This document shows positions 19,726 through 30,600 of a stretch of 64,000 nucleotides of DNA, piece by piece. Below the pieces are notes generated by a model. The model saw nothing but the letters and a program-made list of their open reading frames with translations. It made no database searches and was not told the DNA's origin. A program made the translations under genes and the position numbers. Location: assembly GCA_001029635.1 (NCBI GenBank), contig CP011209.1, positions 350,866-414,865 on the forward strand, written 5' to 3'. Positions within the stretch are counted from its first letter, which is position 1, and every line of letters begins with the position of its first letter. The stretch comes from Candidatus Wolfebacteria bacterium GW2011_GWB1_47_1 (GTDB lineage Bacteria > Patescibacteriota > Minisyncoccia > UBA6257 > UBA9933).

Positions 19726-20904
19726 ATGAAAAAACTTTCAGCACTATTTGATCGAAATCTTTCCGAAGAGATTGCCATTGTCCGCATCGATCTTAATATT
19801 AATAACAAGACCCTTAAGGCACGCACAGATAATTTGCGTGTTATTTCCATCATTCCGACCATCCAATTCTTGATCAAGCGGGGAGCGAAGGTTGTACTGG
19901 TTAGTCATCGGGGTCGTCCTGCGGACGGAACCAAGAGCGGAAAACTGATGACTGATAACATAAAAGAATTCGGACTGAAGCCGTTTGCGAAGATTCTCAT
20001 GGGCCTATTGAAAAAGGATGTTTCGTTCATACCACTTGATACCAAGCGGGGGCAGTTGTTTTCAGAAAATGACGCGGAAAAAATCAGACAGGCTCCAAAG
20101 GGTTCGATATTCCTATTGGAAAATATCCGATTTTTGCCCGGAGAAGACAAGAATGATTCGGCTGTGGTTAAATCACTCGCGGCACTCGGTACATTCTACG
20201 TGAATGATGCATTTGCCTTTTGTCATCGCAAGACTGCTTCGATGGTTGCAATCACTAAGCTGTTGCCATCATGCGCCGGTCTATTATTGGAAAAGGAAGT
20301 GTTTCATATGGACGAAGCCATCCATAACCATAAGCATCCGTTTGTTGTTATCCTCGGTGGCGCAAAGATGACAGACAAGATGGGGTTGGTTAAGCGATTT
20401 ATTGATAAGGCAGATTATTTTCTTGCGGGCGGAGGAGTTGCCAATACTTTTATGGCTGCCGATGGATTGCCTATTGGAGATTCCATTTACGAGAAACATA
20501 TGATTCCTGTCGCAAAAAAACTCATGAAGACAAATAAAGTCATTATACCGATGGATGTTGTCATATCTGATCGAAAGATCGTGGACAATGGCGAAGGTAC
20601 TACGGAAGAATGGGTAGAAATCATTAAAAATGCCCAGACTATCATTTGGAACGGACCATTGGGAGTTATCGAAGACAAGCGATTTGCAAAAGGGTCGCTG
20701 GATGTTGCCAAGGCTATTGCAAAGAGTAAAGCATTTGCCGTCGTTGGCGGAGGAGAAACTGCTCTGGCATTTGCGGGAATTTCTTTGAAGAAAAATACAT
20801 TTCTTTCGACCGGTGGCGGGGCTATGCTCGAATATTTGTCAGGAATCAAGTTGCCGGGAATCGAAGCGCTTCGCATGTCGGAGAAGCCGAAACAAAAGAA
20901 ATAA
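19726..20904 (+). CDS. pgk: Phosphoglycerate kinase
   Basis: VRIDLN, SHRGRP, LLENIRF, NDAF..CHR, LGGAK, WNGPLG, GGGET, STGGGA. Confidence 0.95.
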   Translation: MKKLSALFDRNLSEEIAIVRIDLNINNKTLKARTDNLRVISIIPTIQFLIKRGAKVVLVSHRGRPADGTKSGKLMTDNIKEFGLKPFAKILMGLLKKDVSFIPLDTKRGQLFSENDAEKIRQAPKGSIFLLENIRFLPGEDKNDSAVVKSLAALGTFYVNDAFAFCHRKTASMVAITKLLPSCAGLLLEKEVFHMDEAIHNHKHPFVVILGGAKMTDKMGLVKRFIDKADYFLAGGGVANTFMAADGLPIGDSIYEKHMIPVAKKLMKTNKVIIPMDVVISDRKIVDNGEGTTEEWVEIIKNAQTIIWNGPLGVIEDKRFAKGSLDVAKAIAKSKAFAVVGGGETALAFAGISLKKNTFLSTGGGAMLEYLSGIKLPGIEALRMSEKPKQKK

Positions 20905-20922
20905 TCCTATACGAAAAAGAAT

Positions 20923-21765
20923 ATGAAAGATATTGTTGTTCTGTATCATAACGGTTGTCATGATGGATTCGGAGGTGCATGGGTCGCGTGGAATAAATTT
21001 AAAAGTAAGGCTGAGTACATCCCCGTTGATCATGGGAAGGAGCCTCTCGAGGGGCTTGTCGACAAACAGATCTACCTCATTGATTTTTGTTATTCCGCAG
21101 CAATCATGCAAATATTGCTTGAGCAAAATAAAAAGGTGGTCGTTCTCGATCATCATATCAGTCAGGCTGATATCGTCGGCATTTCGACCGAGCATGTATA
21201 TGATAATGACCGTTCCGGATCCGTCATCGCGTGGCAGTACTTCTTTCCGGGGCAGCCGGTACCCAAACTGTTAAAGCATGTCCAGGATATCGATCTGTGG
21301 CGTTTCGCTATGCCGCATACGAAAGAGTTGATGGCGGCTCTGGACGGCTATCCATTCGATTTCAAATTGTGGAACAAACTGCGAGACGAATGGGAGGACA
21401 AGGAGGCTATCAAAAAATATCTTGAAGCAGGGAGAGTCATTTTGCAGTATGAGGGCCGCGTCATCGAGCGACTTATTCGTCATATCGAGCGCGTTGATCT
21501 TGATGGATTTCCCGCCTATGCCGTGAATTCGCCGATCTTGGAGTCCGAGCTTGGTAATTGGATTGTCGAGCATAAAAAAGCGATCGGGATCATCTGGTCG
21601 TATAAGGGAGGTAGTATCAAGGTTTCATTGCGTTCAAATGGGAAGACTGACGTCTCAAAGATCGCCCAGTTGCATGGCGGGGGAGGGCATAAGGGGGCGG
21701 CTGGTTTTGCATTCGATGTGGAATTGGGATTACCGTGGGTGAAGGTTCATGCCGGTAAGAAATAA
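20923..21765 (+). CDS. DHH/DHHA1 family phosphoesterase (NrnB-like)
   Basis: YH..C.DG, LDHH, DIDLW, SLRS, GGGGHKGAAG. Confidence 0.85.
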   Translation: MKDIVVLYHNGCHDGFGGAWVAWNKFKSKAEYIPVDHGKEPLEGLVDKQIYLIDFCYSAAIMQILLEQNKKVVVLDHHISQADIVGISTEHVYDNDRSGSVIAWQYFFPGQPVPKLLKHVQDIDLWRFAMPHTKELMAALDGYPFDFKLWNKLRDEWEDKEAIKKYLEAGRVILQYEGRVIERLIRHIERVDLDGFPAYAVNSPILESELGNWIVEHKKAIGIIWSYKGGSIKVSLRSNGKTDVSKIAQLHGGGGHKGAAGFAFDVELGLPWVKVHAGKK

Positions 21766-21777
21766 AATATATATGCC

Positions 21778-22182
21778 ATGTCTAAAAAAGTAGTTATTGC
21801 AGGAAGCGCTTCTCTTCCAGAGAAGATTGATTATTGGAAGCGTATATGGGAAGATCAGGGGTATCTGGTAACGGCTTATCCTCGGCAGCTTCCTGTAGAA
21901 ACTTTTTTTGAGGAATATCCTCGTGTGCATACGGAGTTTTTCAAACAGATAACCGAAGCGGATATTTTGTTTGTCATGAATGAAGATAAGAATGGCATCA
22001 AGGGGTATCTTGGTGCTGAATCGTTTGCGGAAATGGGATTTGGTGTTGCACGGGATCTATTGCATAAAAATCATTTGAAAATAGTCCTCTTGCAGGTTCC
22101 CGATAGTAGTGTCCAATCGTATGATGAGATAATGTTATGGTTACAGCTTGGGTGGATATCATTATACGCAGCGAATCGTTGA
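21778..22182 (+). CDS. Hypothetical protein (possibly nucleoside 2-deoxyribosyltransferase-like fold)
   Basis: VVIAGS, ADILFVMN...GYLGAESFAEM. Confidence 0.55.
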   Translation: MSKKVVIAGSASLPEKIDYWKRIWEDQGYLVTAYPRQLPVETFFEEYPRVHTEFFKQITEADILFVMNEDKNGIKGYLGAESFAEMGFGVARDLLHKNHLKIVLLQVPDSSVQSYDEIMLWLQLGWISLYAANR

Positions 22183-22224
22183 CAGAGTCGGGGAACTCCT
22201 GTATTTATGAAAGTAGTTGTGTGC

Positions 22225-22655
22225 AATGGTAAGTCGGCAGGGAGACGATTACCCCTTCGCTTCGGCGAGAGGGAGGAAGGTCCGGACACTCATTTCTCCC
22301 ACCAATCAGGCCAATATCTTGGAGTGACGGTTGAAGTACACTGCGCTACCGCTTCGTGTTGCTGTGGGATGTTGATCTGATTGGTGGGAGAACTAACAAG
22401 GTAGCGGCTAACAGCCGTCGGGAGTAATCCTCGAGGTGCGAGCAGAGACGCCTGTTTTCGAAAGGAAATGGGGCCCCGCAAGGGGTAGCTCTTATGGAAA
22501 CATAGGAGGTGAAACGGCTAAATCCTTACCGGGTGCAAGGTCGTATTCCAATAGTAATATTGGTTTGTACCGCACGAACTCCTGGAGCAATCCGGAGTCC
22601 AGATAAATTATCGTCGAGACACAGAATCCGGCCTATTACTTGCCGATTTACCATT
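22225..22655 (+). ncRNA. rnpB: RNase P RNA (atypical architecture)
   Basis: GAGGAAGGTCCGG and ACAGAATCCGGC P4 strands, GGTGAAACGG, GGGTGCAAG, AGATAAAT; terminal P1 22225-22241 pairs with 22639-22655. Confidence 0.9.
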
Positions 22656-22674
22656 ATTCATAACTAATTTTTCT

Positions 22675-23469
22675 ATGATACATAAAAAAGTTGCGATTGT
22701 TTCTGGGGGTGCCATGGGGTACAAGGACGGAGGTGCCTCTATTGGCGGTGCGGCAGCGATCAGGTTGGCTCGAGATGGATACGCAGTTGTTGTTGTTGAT
22801 GAAGGAGCTATGGGGCAGCGTACGGTAGATGCTATCAAGCAAAATGGTGGCGAAGCGCTATTCTTACAATTGGATGTGACCAATAGTGAGAATGTGCACA
22901 AGATTATTGCTACAACCAAAGAAATATACGGAGCACTTACGTGTCTCGTGAATTGTGTCGCGCGATATAGCCCGGATATGGCGAAGAACATCGCCGATAT
23001 TTCCGAGGAGGAGTGGAGTAAGACGTTGGATGTTAATCTCAATAGTTATTTTAAAATGGCCAAGTACACTATACCGCTTATGACCGAATCTGGTGGTGGA
23101 GCGATAATAAACATCTCGTCTATAGAAAGTTTTGTAGCACTCCCTAATTTTAGTGTATACTCGGTTTCAAAGGGAGCTGTTGATGCACTAACGAGAACGA
23201 TCGCAGTTGATTTTGCTCCGCACATTCGCGCAAATTCCATTCTTCCGGGATTCGTAAAAGTTGCAAATTCTGAGGGTACGAGAACGCCAGAGGAGCTGGA
23301 ATTATGGTATCAAGAAATTTCCAAACAGTATCCTTTGCAACGCGTATGTGAGGCCGAAGAAATTGCAAATGTTGTTGCTTTTCTTGCGAGCGATGAGTCT
23401 TCGTATATAAACGGCCAGTCTATAGTTGTGGATGGCGGTAAGGGTATTGCCGATGCTCATAGTTTTTGA
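22675..23469 (+). CDS. SDR family oxidoreductase
   Basis: Rossmann Gly motif, NISS, YSVSK (YxxxK), YINGQSIVVDGG. Confidence 0.9.
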   Translation: MIHKKVAIVSGGAMGYKDGGASIGGAAAIRLARDGYAVVVVDEGAMGQRTVDAIKQNGGEALFLQLDVTNSENVHKIIATTKEIYGALTCLVNCVARYSPDMAKNIADISEEEWSKTLDVNLNSYFKMAKYTIPLMTESGGGAIINISSIESFVALPNFSVYSVSKGAVDALTRTIAVDFAPHIRANSILPGFVKVANSEGTRTPEELELWYQEISKQYPLQRVCEAEEIANVVAFLASDESSYINGQSIVVDGGKGIADAHSF

Positions 23470-23514
23470 TCCCTATCTCATTGCGCCATGTACAAATCCT
23501 CAAAAAGAGCTACT

Positions 23515-23544
23515 TGACATAATAGCACATTTGTGCTACTATTT
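23515..23544 (+). promoter_or_regulatory. Promoter with a palindromic operator-like spacer
   Basis: TTGACA-17 nt-TACTAT overlapping TAGCACA-tt-TGTGCTA. Confidence 0.55.
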
Positions 23545-23579
23545 TCTTAGTAGCTTAATTAAGAAACGAGGAGAATATC

Positions 23580-23921
23580 ATGAGCGGAAAGCTTATATTG
23601 GTAGTTGATGTTTTAGATAATTCGAGCGATTTTGTAGATAGGTCGTTTCTTGCATTCTGTGACACTTTGCAACAGTCATTCGAGGTATTGCTCGTAAATG
23701 ATCCACTCCTCATTACTTCGGTGGTGCAGTGCGGGTTCACCTTCTCGGCAATTGTTTTTAACGCAAAGGCCGAAAAGGATTTTCCTTTGGCAACTATGGT
23801 TGCCGAGTTCATCCCGGGATGTCCCCGCTTCGCTCGAGTAGAGCAGCAGGGGATGGCAACTCCCGATGGATTTACGGGAATCAGTAATATCGATGAACTT
23901 CTTGCGCTTTTGCGGAAATAG
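23580..23921 (+). CDS. Hypothetical protein
   Basis: GAGGAG RBS, own promoter and terminator (about 23943-23973). Confidence 0.6.
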   Translation: MSGKLILVVDVLDNSSDFVDRSFLAFCDTLQQSFEVLLVNDPLLITSVVQCGFTFSAIVFNAKAEKDFPLATMVAEFIPGCPRFARVEQQGMATPDGFTGISNIDELLALLRK

Positions 23922-23986
23922 CGCAAGGATGGTACACACTAAGGGATTAGGCTTTTTGCCTAATCTCTTTTTTCGTTCAAGCATTT

Positions 23987-25345
23987 TTAGAGAAACGATA
24001 CTAATAGTGCAATTGCAAATAATGCCATCACTATAAACGCAATCCAGAGAACAAGTTTCGATAGCCAGCCGCTTTTGTGTTCTCCCATAACGTCTTCTCG
24101 GCTTGAGATGCGGAGGATAAGAAAGATGAGCGGTACGGCTGCGATACCGTTGAACACCGCCGTGAAAACTAGTGCCTTGATCGGATCGAATCCAACGAAG
24201 TTAAAGAGTAATCCTGCTACTGTACCAAAGATAATAACGAGATAGAAGTTGCGCGACTGTCTGAATTTTCTGTATAGCCCTTCTTTCCAGCTAAATGTTT
24301 CCGCTACGGCATAGGCGGACGATCCAGCCAGTACGGGAATGCTTTGTAGTCCGATCCCGATTACTCCGACTGCGAAGATCAGTTTTGCGAGGAACCCTGC
24401 ATTAGGAAATGTGTTTACTAATGGTTCGAGCGCCTTGGCGGCGTCTGCCGCGGTGTTGATTGTGGTCACACCTGATTGGTTGAGTACTACGGCTCCGACC
24501 ACGATAATGAACCATGCTGTGACATTCGAGAATAGCATGCCGAATGCCGTGTCAATCCGTAGGCGCCTTAGGTATGCCTTCGTCAACTTGGGAATGCCTC
24601 CCTTTTGCGCAAGTCGATGGCTTGCGATCTCCTCCTCGACAACATTGCTTGTTTGCCAGAAGAATAGATAGGGCGAAATCGTCGTGCCGAAGATGGCAAC
24701 CATGATATAGAGAAATGCAGCACTGAATTCAATATGCGGCGAGAATGTTGCCTTTATAACCGTTATCCAAGGTACGTCCACTAAGAATGCCGTGATGAAA
24801 TAAGCGAATAGTGCCATGGAAAGCCACTTGAGGATGCGTATATAGGTACGATAGGAGATGAACACCTCAAGCAATATAATGAGCAGTGCAAATGCGATCG
24901 CCAATAATGGGAAGGGGAGTGACGGCGCGAGTAGTTGAGCGCTCGCGGACATAGCGCCGATGTCGGACCCGATGTTTAGGGTGTTGGCGAGTACAACTAG
25001 GACGACGATTGGATAGAGGATCTTTTTTGGATAGTGTTCCCGTACGGCCGCGGCCAGGCCCTTCCCGGTTACCGCTCCAATGCGCATACAGGCTTCCTGT
25101 ACCGCAGTCATGAGCGGATAGGTGAAAATCATTGTCCACGGCATCTTGAAGCCGAATTGCGCTCCCGCCTGGGAATAGGTTGCAATGCCGGATGGATCAT
25201 CGTCAGCTGCACCGGTAACGATGCCTGGTCCGAGTATGCGCAAAAAACGGCCGATCTTTTTTAGGCGTTTGTGTTTGATTTGCTTTGCACCGTGTGCGGT
25301 ATTTTGCTCCGCTTCCTTTATTATTTCGTCGGGAAATTGGACCAT
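23987..25345 (-). CDS. NRAMP family divalent metal transporter
   Basis: LGPGIVTGAADDDPSGIATYSQAGA, GTTISPYLFFWQ; about 11 TM segments. Confidence 0.9.
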   Translation of the reverse strand: MVQFPDEIIKEAEQNTAHGAKQIKHKRLKKIGRFLRILGPGIVTGAADDDPSGIATYSQAGAQFGFKMPWTMIFTYPLMTAVQEACMRIGAVTGKGLAAAVREHYPKKILYPIVVLVVLANTLNIGSDIGAMSASAQLLAPSLPFPLLAIAFALLIILLEVFISYRTYIRILKWLSMALFAYFITAFLVDVPWITVIKATFSPHIEFSAAFLYIMVAIFGTTISPYLFFWQTSNVVEEEIASHRLAQKGGIPKLTKAYLRRLRIDTAFGMLFSNVTAWFIIVVGAVVLNQSGVTTINTAADAAKALEPLVNTFPNAGFLAKLIFAVGVIGIGLQSIPVLAGSSAYAVAETFSWKEGLYRKFRQSRNFYLVIIFGTVAGLLFNFVGFDPIKALVFTAVFNGIAAVPLIFLILRISSREDVMGEHKSGWLSKLVLWIAFIVMALFAIALLVSFL

Positions 25346-25507
25346 GTAGTGTGTTTTATGAGTGCTTGCGTTTAGTTTGTGCACTATTATGAGCATTATA
25401 CTGGAAAACAGTGTGCGAACATAGGGATGTTGATTGCAGAATAGTGATCAAAGGATTGCTACGGAACATCATTGACAACAGTCACCGACCGTGTACCATT
25501 GATATGC

Positions 25508-25525
25508 ACTTACCGAATGGTAAGT
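25508..25525. promoter_or_regulatory. Putative TetR operator
   Basis: ACTTACC-gaat-GGTAAGT inverted repeat just upstream of the tetR start, downstream of TTGATA. Confidence 0.6.
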
Positions 25526-25533
25526 ATCAATCT

Positions 25534-26076
25534 ATGGAGCCAGGAACACGAGAAAAAATACTTGCAGCTGCCCGAGAGCTTTTTGCAAACCAAGGCTTCA
25601 AATCAACTTCCATGTCTGATATTGCCGCCCATGTCGGCATTACCAAGGCGGGGTTATACTACTTTTTTAAGAATAAGGAGAGTTTGTATATTGCAATCGT
25701 TGACGATGCCTTGCGTGCAGCATATGAATATTTGGAACAGGCAGTATATAGTTCTAATGATCTTTATCGCATGATCGAAGCGTTGCTTGTCGTGGGGATG
25801 CGTATGGGGGCATCATTCCGTGCGATTGAACCTGGAGCGCTTGATCGTTCTGCGCCCCCCTATGCAGCGATCGTGCAGCGGTTTGAAGATGTGCGTCGAT
25901 TGGTTGTTGCGTGCATCGAGCGAAGCGGCCTTCCCGATCCTGACGTCGCGGCCGAAGTTGTTCTCAATGCTGTGCATGCGTATGTGGTCCATACACAATG
26001 TGGCGTGCCGCGCATTAATCAGCTTGACTACGCTCGCTACTTGGCATCAATCATTAGCAATACCAAGCGTACATAA
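25534..26076 (+). CDS. TetR/AcrR family regulator
   Basis: ILAAARELFANQGFKSTSMSDIAAHVGITKAGLYYFFKNKE. Confidence 0.92.
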   Translation: MEPGTREKILAAARELFANQGFKSTSMSDIAAHVGITKAGLYYFFKNKESLYIAIVDDALRAAYEYLEQAVYSSNDLYRMIEALLVVGMRMGASFRAIEPGALDRSAPPYAAIVQRFEDVRRLVVACIERSGLPDPDVAAEVVLNAVHAYVVHTQCGVPRINQLDYARYLASIISNTKRT

Positions 26077-26099
26077 TTTACATTCTATCTATTTCATAT

Positions 26100-27692
26100 A
26101 TGCAATATCCTAAAAAACACACCATAGGGATGATCGTTGCCGGAGTGGCGATTGTTACTATTTCGATCGGCGGCGCCATTATGCGCAATCGTAACTCAGA
26201 AGAAGAAGCTCCAATTCGCCAGTCTACAGTCGCCGTTCTTGCAGCCAGTGACCTTGGACATATGAATGGGGTTATTTCCGCCGAGGGAACACTTGAGTCT
26301 TTGGAACAGGCGGAACTACGTAGTCAACTGTCTGCGCCAGTGACTCGCGTCGCGGTTCGCATCGGCGATCGTGTTTCCGTCGGTTCTCCACTAGTCACCC
26401 TGCAAGGGCGTGATATTTTGGCGCAACTTGATCAGGCTAAGGCAGGGCTGAAGGCTCAGGAGGCTCGATTGAGAGAATTGCAAAAAGGCGCCCGACCCGA
26501 GGATATTTCCATGACGCAGACCGATCTAGCCAAGGCGCAATCCGATCTTGCCAACATCTATGCCAATATGTCGACGGTTCTTAACGACGTCTATGCAAAG
26601 GCTGATGATGCGGTCCAGAATCAGACAGATCCAATGGTTGATCGTGGCACTCCAACATCTCCTCGATTATTATTCTTGTTAAAGGATTCCCAAATGCAGA
26701 TTGATGTAGAATATTTGGCGCTTGTTGCCACGGACCAGTTGTCTGCCATGCGATCCGAGATTGATACATTACAGGGTGATGCCGATCGCGTACGCGTCGA
26801 GGCGGTGCTTGCGAGCACCAAGACGCGACTGGTAAAAGTAAGTGATTTTTTGAATAAAATGGCTGAGGCGATTCAGTCGCAGTACGGCCTGTCTTCAGCG
26901 ACCGCTGAGCTGTATAAGCGAAATATTGCCACGGCTCGCGCTGAAGTTACGGCGGCATTATCTATCGTTAATGCGCAGGAGCAGGCTATTATTGCCCATA
27001 AGACGAATATCAAACGCGTCGAGGATCAACTCTCTCTTAAGCAGTCGGGCGCAACTCATGAACAGCTTGAAACGCAAGAGGCGGCAGTTGCTCAAGCGCG
27101 TGCGAATGTGGAGCAGTTACAGGCCCATTATGCAAAGACGATTATTACCGCTCCTATCAGCGGAACGATTGCCTCTGTTTCCGTGCGTATCGGTGAATTA
27201 TTGACTCCCGGTCAATCGGTTGTTTCGATCGTGAATAAGGAAGGATTGCAGGTAACGTTGTTTGTTAGTGATCTTGACGTGCAGTTTATCGAAGAGGGTT
27301 CAGAAGCGATTATTGGAGAACATATTAACGGTAGGGTGTTGCGTATCGCTCCGAGCGTCGATAAGTCTACGCGCAAGGTCGAGGTTACCGTGCTCGTTGT
27401 CGATAAGGCGCCTACGTTGGTAATCGGACAAAACGTCTCCGTTGCTATCAGGGTCCGACAGCCCGCGGAAGGAGCTGGTGTATTTATGGTACCTGTACAG
27501 GCTTTACGCGTCGCCGAAAACGTGATGTATGTCTATACCGTCAATGTCGATGGTATTGTGGAGGAGCATCGCGTAATTACGGGACGCATCTTGGGAGAGG
27601 TTGTCGAGGTCATTGGCGGATTGGACCCGGAAATGCGCATTGTGTCGATCGCGCAAGCCGTCCGTGCGGGGCAAAAAGTGAACGTACAATAA
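26100..27692 (+). CDS. RND efflux membrane fusion protein (periplasmic adaptor) with a very long alpha-hairpin
   Basis: N-terminal TM, lipoyl halves (V.VRIGDRV, ITAPISGTI), long coiled coil. Confidence 0.85.
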   Translation: MQYPKKHTIGMIVAGVAIVTISIGGAIMRNRNSEEEAPIRQSTVAVLAASDLGHMNGVISAEGTLESLEQAELRSQLSAPVTRVAVRIGDRVSVGSPLVTLQGRDILAQLDQAKAGLKAQEARLRELQKGARPEDISMTQTDLAKAQSDLANIYANMSTVLNDVYAKADDAVQNQTDPMVDRGTPTSPRLLFLLKDSQMQIDVEYLALVATDQLSAMRSEIDTLQGDADRVRVEAVLASTKTRLVKVSDFLNKMAEAIQSQYGLSSATAELYKRNIATARAEVTAALSIVNAQEQAIIAHKTNIKRVEDQLSLKQSGATHEQLETQEAAVAQARANVEQLQAHYAKTIITAPISGTIASVSVRIGELLTPGQSVVSIVNKEGLQVTLFVSDLDVQFIEEGSEAIIGEHINGRVLRIAPSVDKSTRKVEVTVLVVDKAPTLVIGQNVSVAIRVRQPAEGAGVFMVPVQALRVAENVMYVYTVNVDGIVEEHRVITGRILGEVVEVIGGLDPEMRIVSIAQAVRAGQKVNVQ

Positions 27693-27693
27693 C

Positions 27694-30600
27694 ATGGAAG
27701 AACTACAGCAATCCAAACAGGAAGAGTCGTCCGATTCTCGCTATCTTGCGCGTCTTTCCTTTCGCCCTGAGTTGAAAAAGACATGGCTTAATTTTTTTGT
27801 ATCCAATGTACGCGTCGTTACATTGTTGATTGTGGTGCTCACGACATGGGGAGGATATGCCTATGCAAAGCTTCCTAAAGAATCAAATCCTGAAGTAAAG
27901 ATTCCGATAGCTGTCGTTTCCACAATCTATCCGGGTGCTGGTCCGTCCGATATTGAAGAGCTTGTGACAAAAAAAATAGAGACCGCGGTCGGCGGACTCA
28001 AAGGCGTGCATAAGATTACATCAAATTCTTCGAACTCGGTTTCTTCAGTCACTGTCGAATTCGATGCGAATGAAGATCTCGATGATGCGATTCGACGCTT
28101 GCGTGATAAGATTACTACCGTCAAAAAAGACCTTCCTCAAGAGGTGAATGATCCCGCAGTCATAGAGATATCTATGGACGACCAGCCTATTTGGTCGATC
28201 GCGCTGACCGGACCCGGGGATGGATTTGCCTTGCGCAAATACGCCGAAACAATCGGCGATGAATTAGAAAAGATCCCCGGTGTGCGCGAGGTTACTATTT
28301 CAGGAGGGGATGAGCGCGAGTTTGAGGTTGCTTATGATCCGCAAAAAATGATGTCCTATGGCATTACGCTCGATGGAGCCAATGCCGCCATCGCAGCCAC
28401 AAATCGTGCGGTTCCGGGGGGTAACTTTGAAGGCTCCAAGTTTGTCTATGCCATTCGTACCGAGTCACGATTTTATGATGAGATTCGGCTTGCCAACATA
28501 CCTGTTGGTCATGCTGACAATGGTAGCGTCATTGTATTAAAAGATATTGCTACGGTGCGGGAGCAGGCTATCAAGAAGAACGTCTATTCGCGTTTTTCGA
28601 TCAAGGGTAGTGTGTCCCAGTCTGCTGTTTCCATTAGCGTTGTGAAGCGGACTGGCGGGTCTGTTATCGATATCGTCGATACTGCGCGCGTTGAAACGGA
28701 CCGGCTCATTAAGACATTTCCTACAGGAGTCGCATATGATGTGACCAGTGATATGGGTAAGCAGATCAAGACTGATTTTGATCAGTTGACTCATGATTTT
28801 TTGCTGACGTTAATTCTCGTCATGGGCATCCTGTTTTTGATTGTCGGACTGAAGGAGGCATTCGTCGCAGGCATCGCCATCCCCTTGGTATTTTTCGCGA
28901 CGTTCGGTGTCATGTTGGTCGCTGGACTCACCTTGAACTTCCTTTCAGTGTTCTCTCTCCTGTTGGCACTCGGCTTACTGGTCGACGATGCAATTGTTGT
29001 TGTTTCCGCGACAAAGCAGTATCTGAAGACGGGAAAGTTCACTCCTGAAGAGGCGGTGTTGCTTGTACTTAACGATTTTAAGGTTGTATTGACCACGACG
29101 ACCTTGACTACAGTTTGGGCGTTTGCGCCACTCCTATTTTCTACGGGGATCATGGGGCAATACCTCAAGTCCATACCGATCACCGTGTCCGTTACCTTGA
29201 TTACTTCGTTATTTATCGCATTAATGATTAATCATCCACTTGCAGCCGTACTTGAGCGCATCCGCATGACGAAGAAATTCTTTTTCCTGATCGAAGCCAC
29301 TCTGTTGCTTGCCGGTGGGCTCCTGATTTATATTGGTGGCATCGAAGGTTATCTTTTTGCCGTATTGGCTTTGTTTGTTGCCGGATGGATGGTGGTCTGG
29401 TATGAAAAAGGCGGTGATGTGAGGCTTATTGCCAATAAGGAACTTGCCGACCGCGAATGGACCGATGATGCGCTCATTAAGAAGAAGTTAGGCGAGCAGG
29501 GGACGCATACTGATGCCGATCTTGCCGAACGGCTCATTCATGGCATCATTAAGTTCGATCGGGTCATCCCGATTTATGAGCGCTATTTGCGCATCGTATT
29601 GGCAACCAAGCAGAGTCGCCGTAAGCTCCTTGCGGGAGTCTTTGGTATCTTTGTCTTTGCGATTGCATTGCCAATGGTTGGCGTCGTGAAAACCGAATTT
29701 TTCCCTGCGTCTGATTATGAAACGATGTTTATTACCATTGAAGCTCCTATTGGGCTTAAGCTTGATGAAACTGACCGGATCGTGCGCACGGTCGAAGAGC
29801 GACTTATGACCTATTCCGAAATCGGAAACTTTTCGACGATTGTTGGACGTCAGGGTGCTTCCATGCAGTCGGGTGGATCTGCGGGTAATGCCTCGACGCA
29901 CCTTGCCGGTATTACCATAACACTTGTTGATGCGAAACAGCGCGATAAGACATCCTATGCGCTTGCTGATGTAATGCGTAGCGATCTTGCCTCCATTGCC
30001 GAGGCAAAGGTCGTTGTCGAAGCAGTTGAAGGGGGGCCTCCTTCCGGTGCCGCGTTTGAAGCGCGCATTAAGGGTGATGACCTTGTTGAACTTGACCGGA
30101 TCGCACACGATCTGGAGAAGTTGCTTGTAACCATTCCCGGAGTCATTGACTCGAGTGTTTCGTTGAAGCAGGCAGCTCCTGAATATACGTTCGTCCTTGA
30201 CCCGATCAAATTGGAGCAAGCAAACCTCAATGCCGCGTATGTTGGATCTGTATTGCGAACTGCGGTTTCGGGAGCTACTGTAACGACCGTAATCCGAGAA
30301 AACAAGGAGATTGATGTCGTTGCCCGATTTGATGAACAATCCATTCCAACAATCGAAGCATTGCAGAATATGCAGGTTATTAACCAGCGTAAGCAGGCGG
30401 TCTTTTTAAAGGATGTTGCTACGATTGAATTAAAGCCGTCGCTTGATACCATTACCCGTATCGACCAAAAGCGAACTGCTGTTCTTTCTGCAGGCGTTTC
30501 TGCTACGACGATCCCCAATACGGTTGTTGCCGAATTCCAAAAACGAATAGCGCAGGAATACGAATTGCCGGCAGGCTATACTATTATGTATGGTGGTGAG

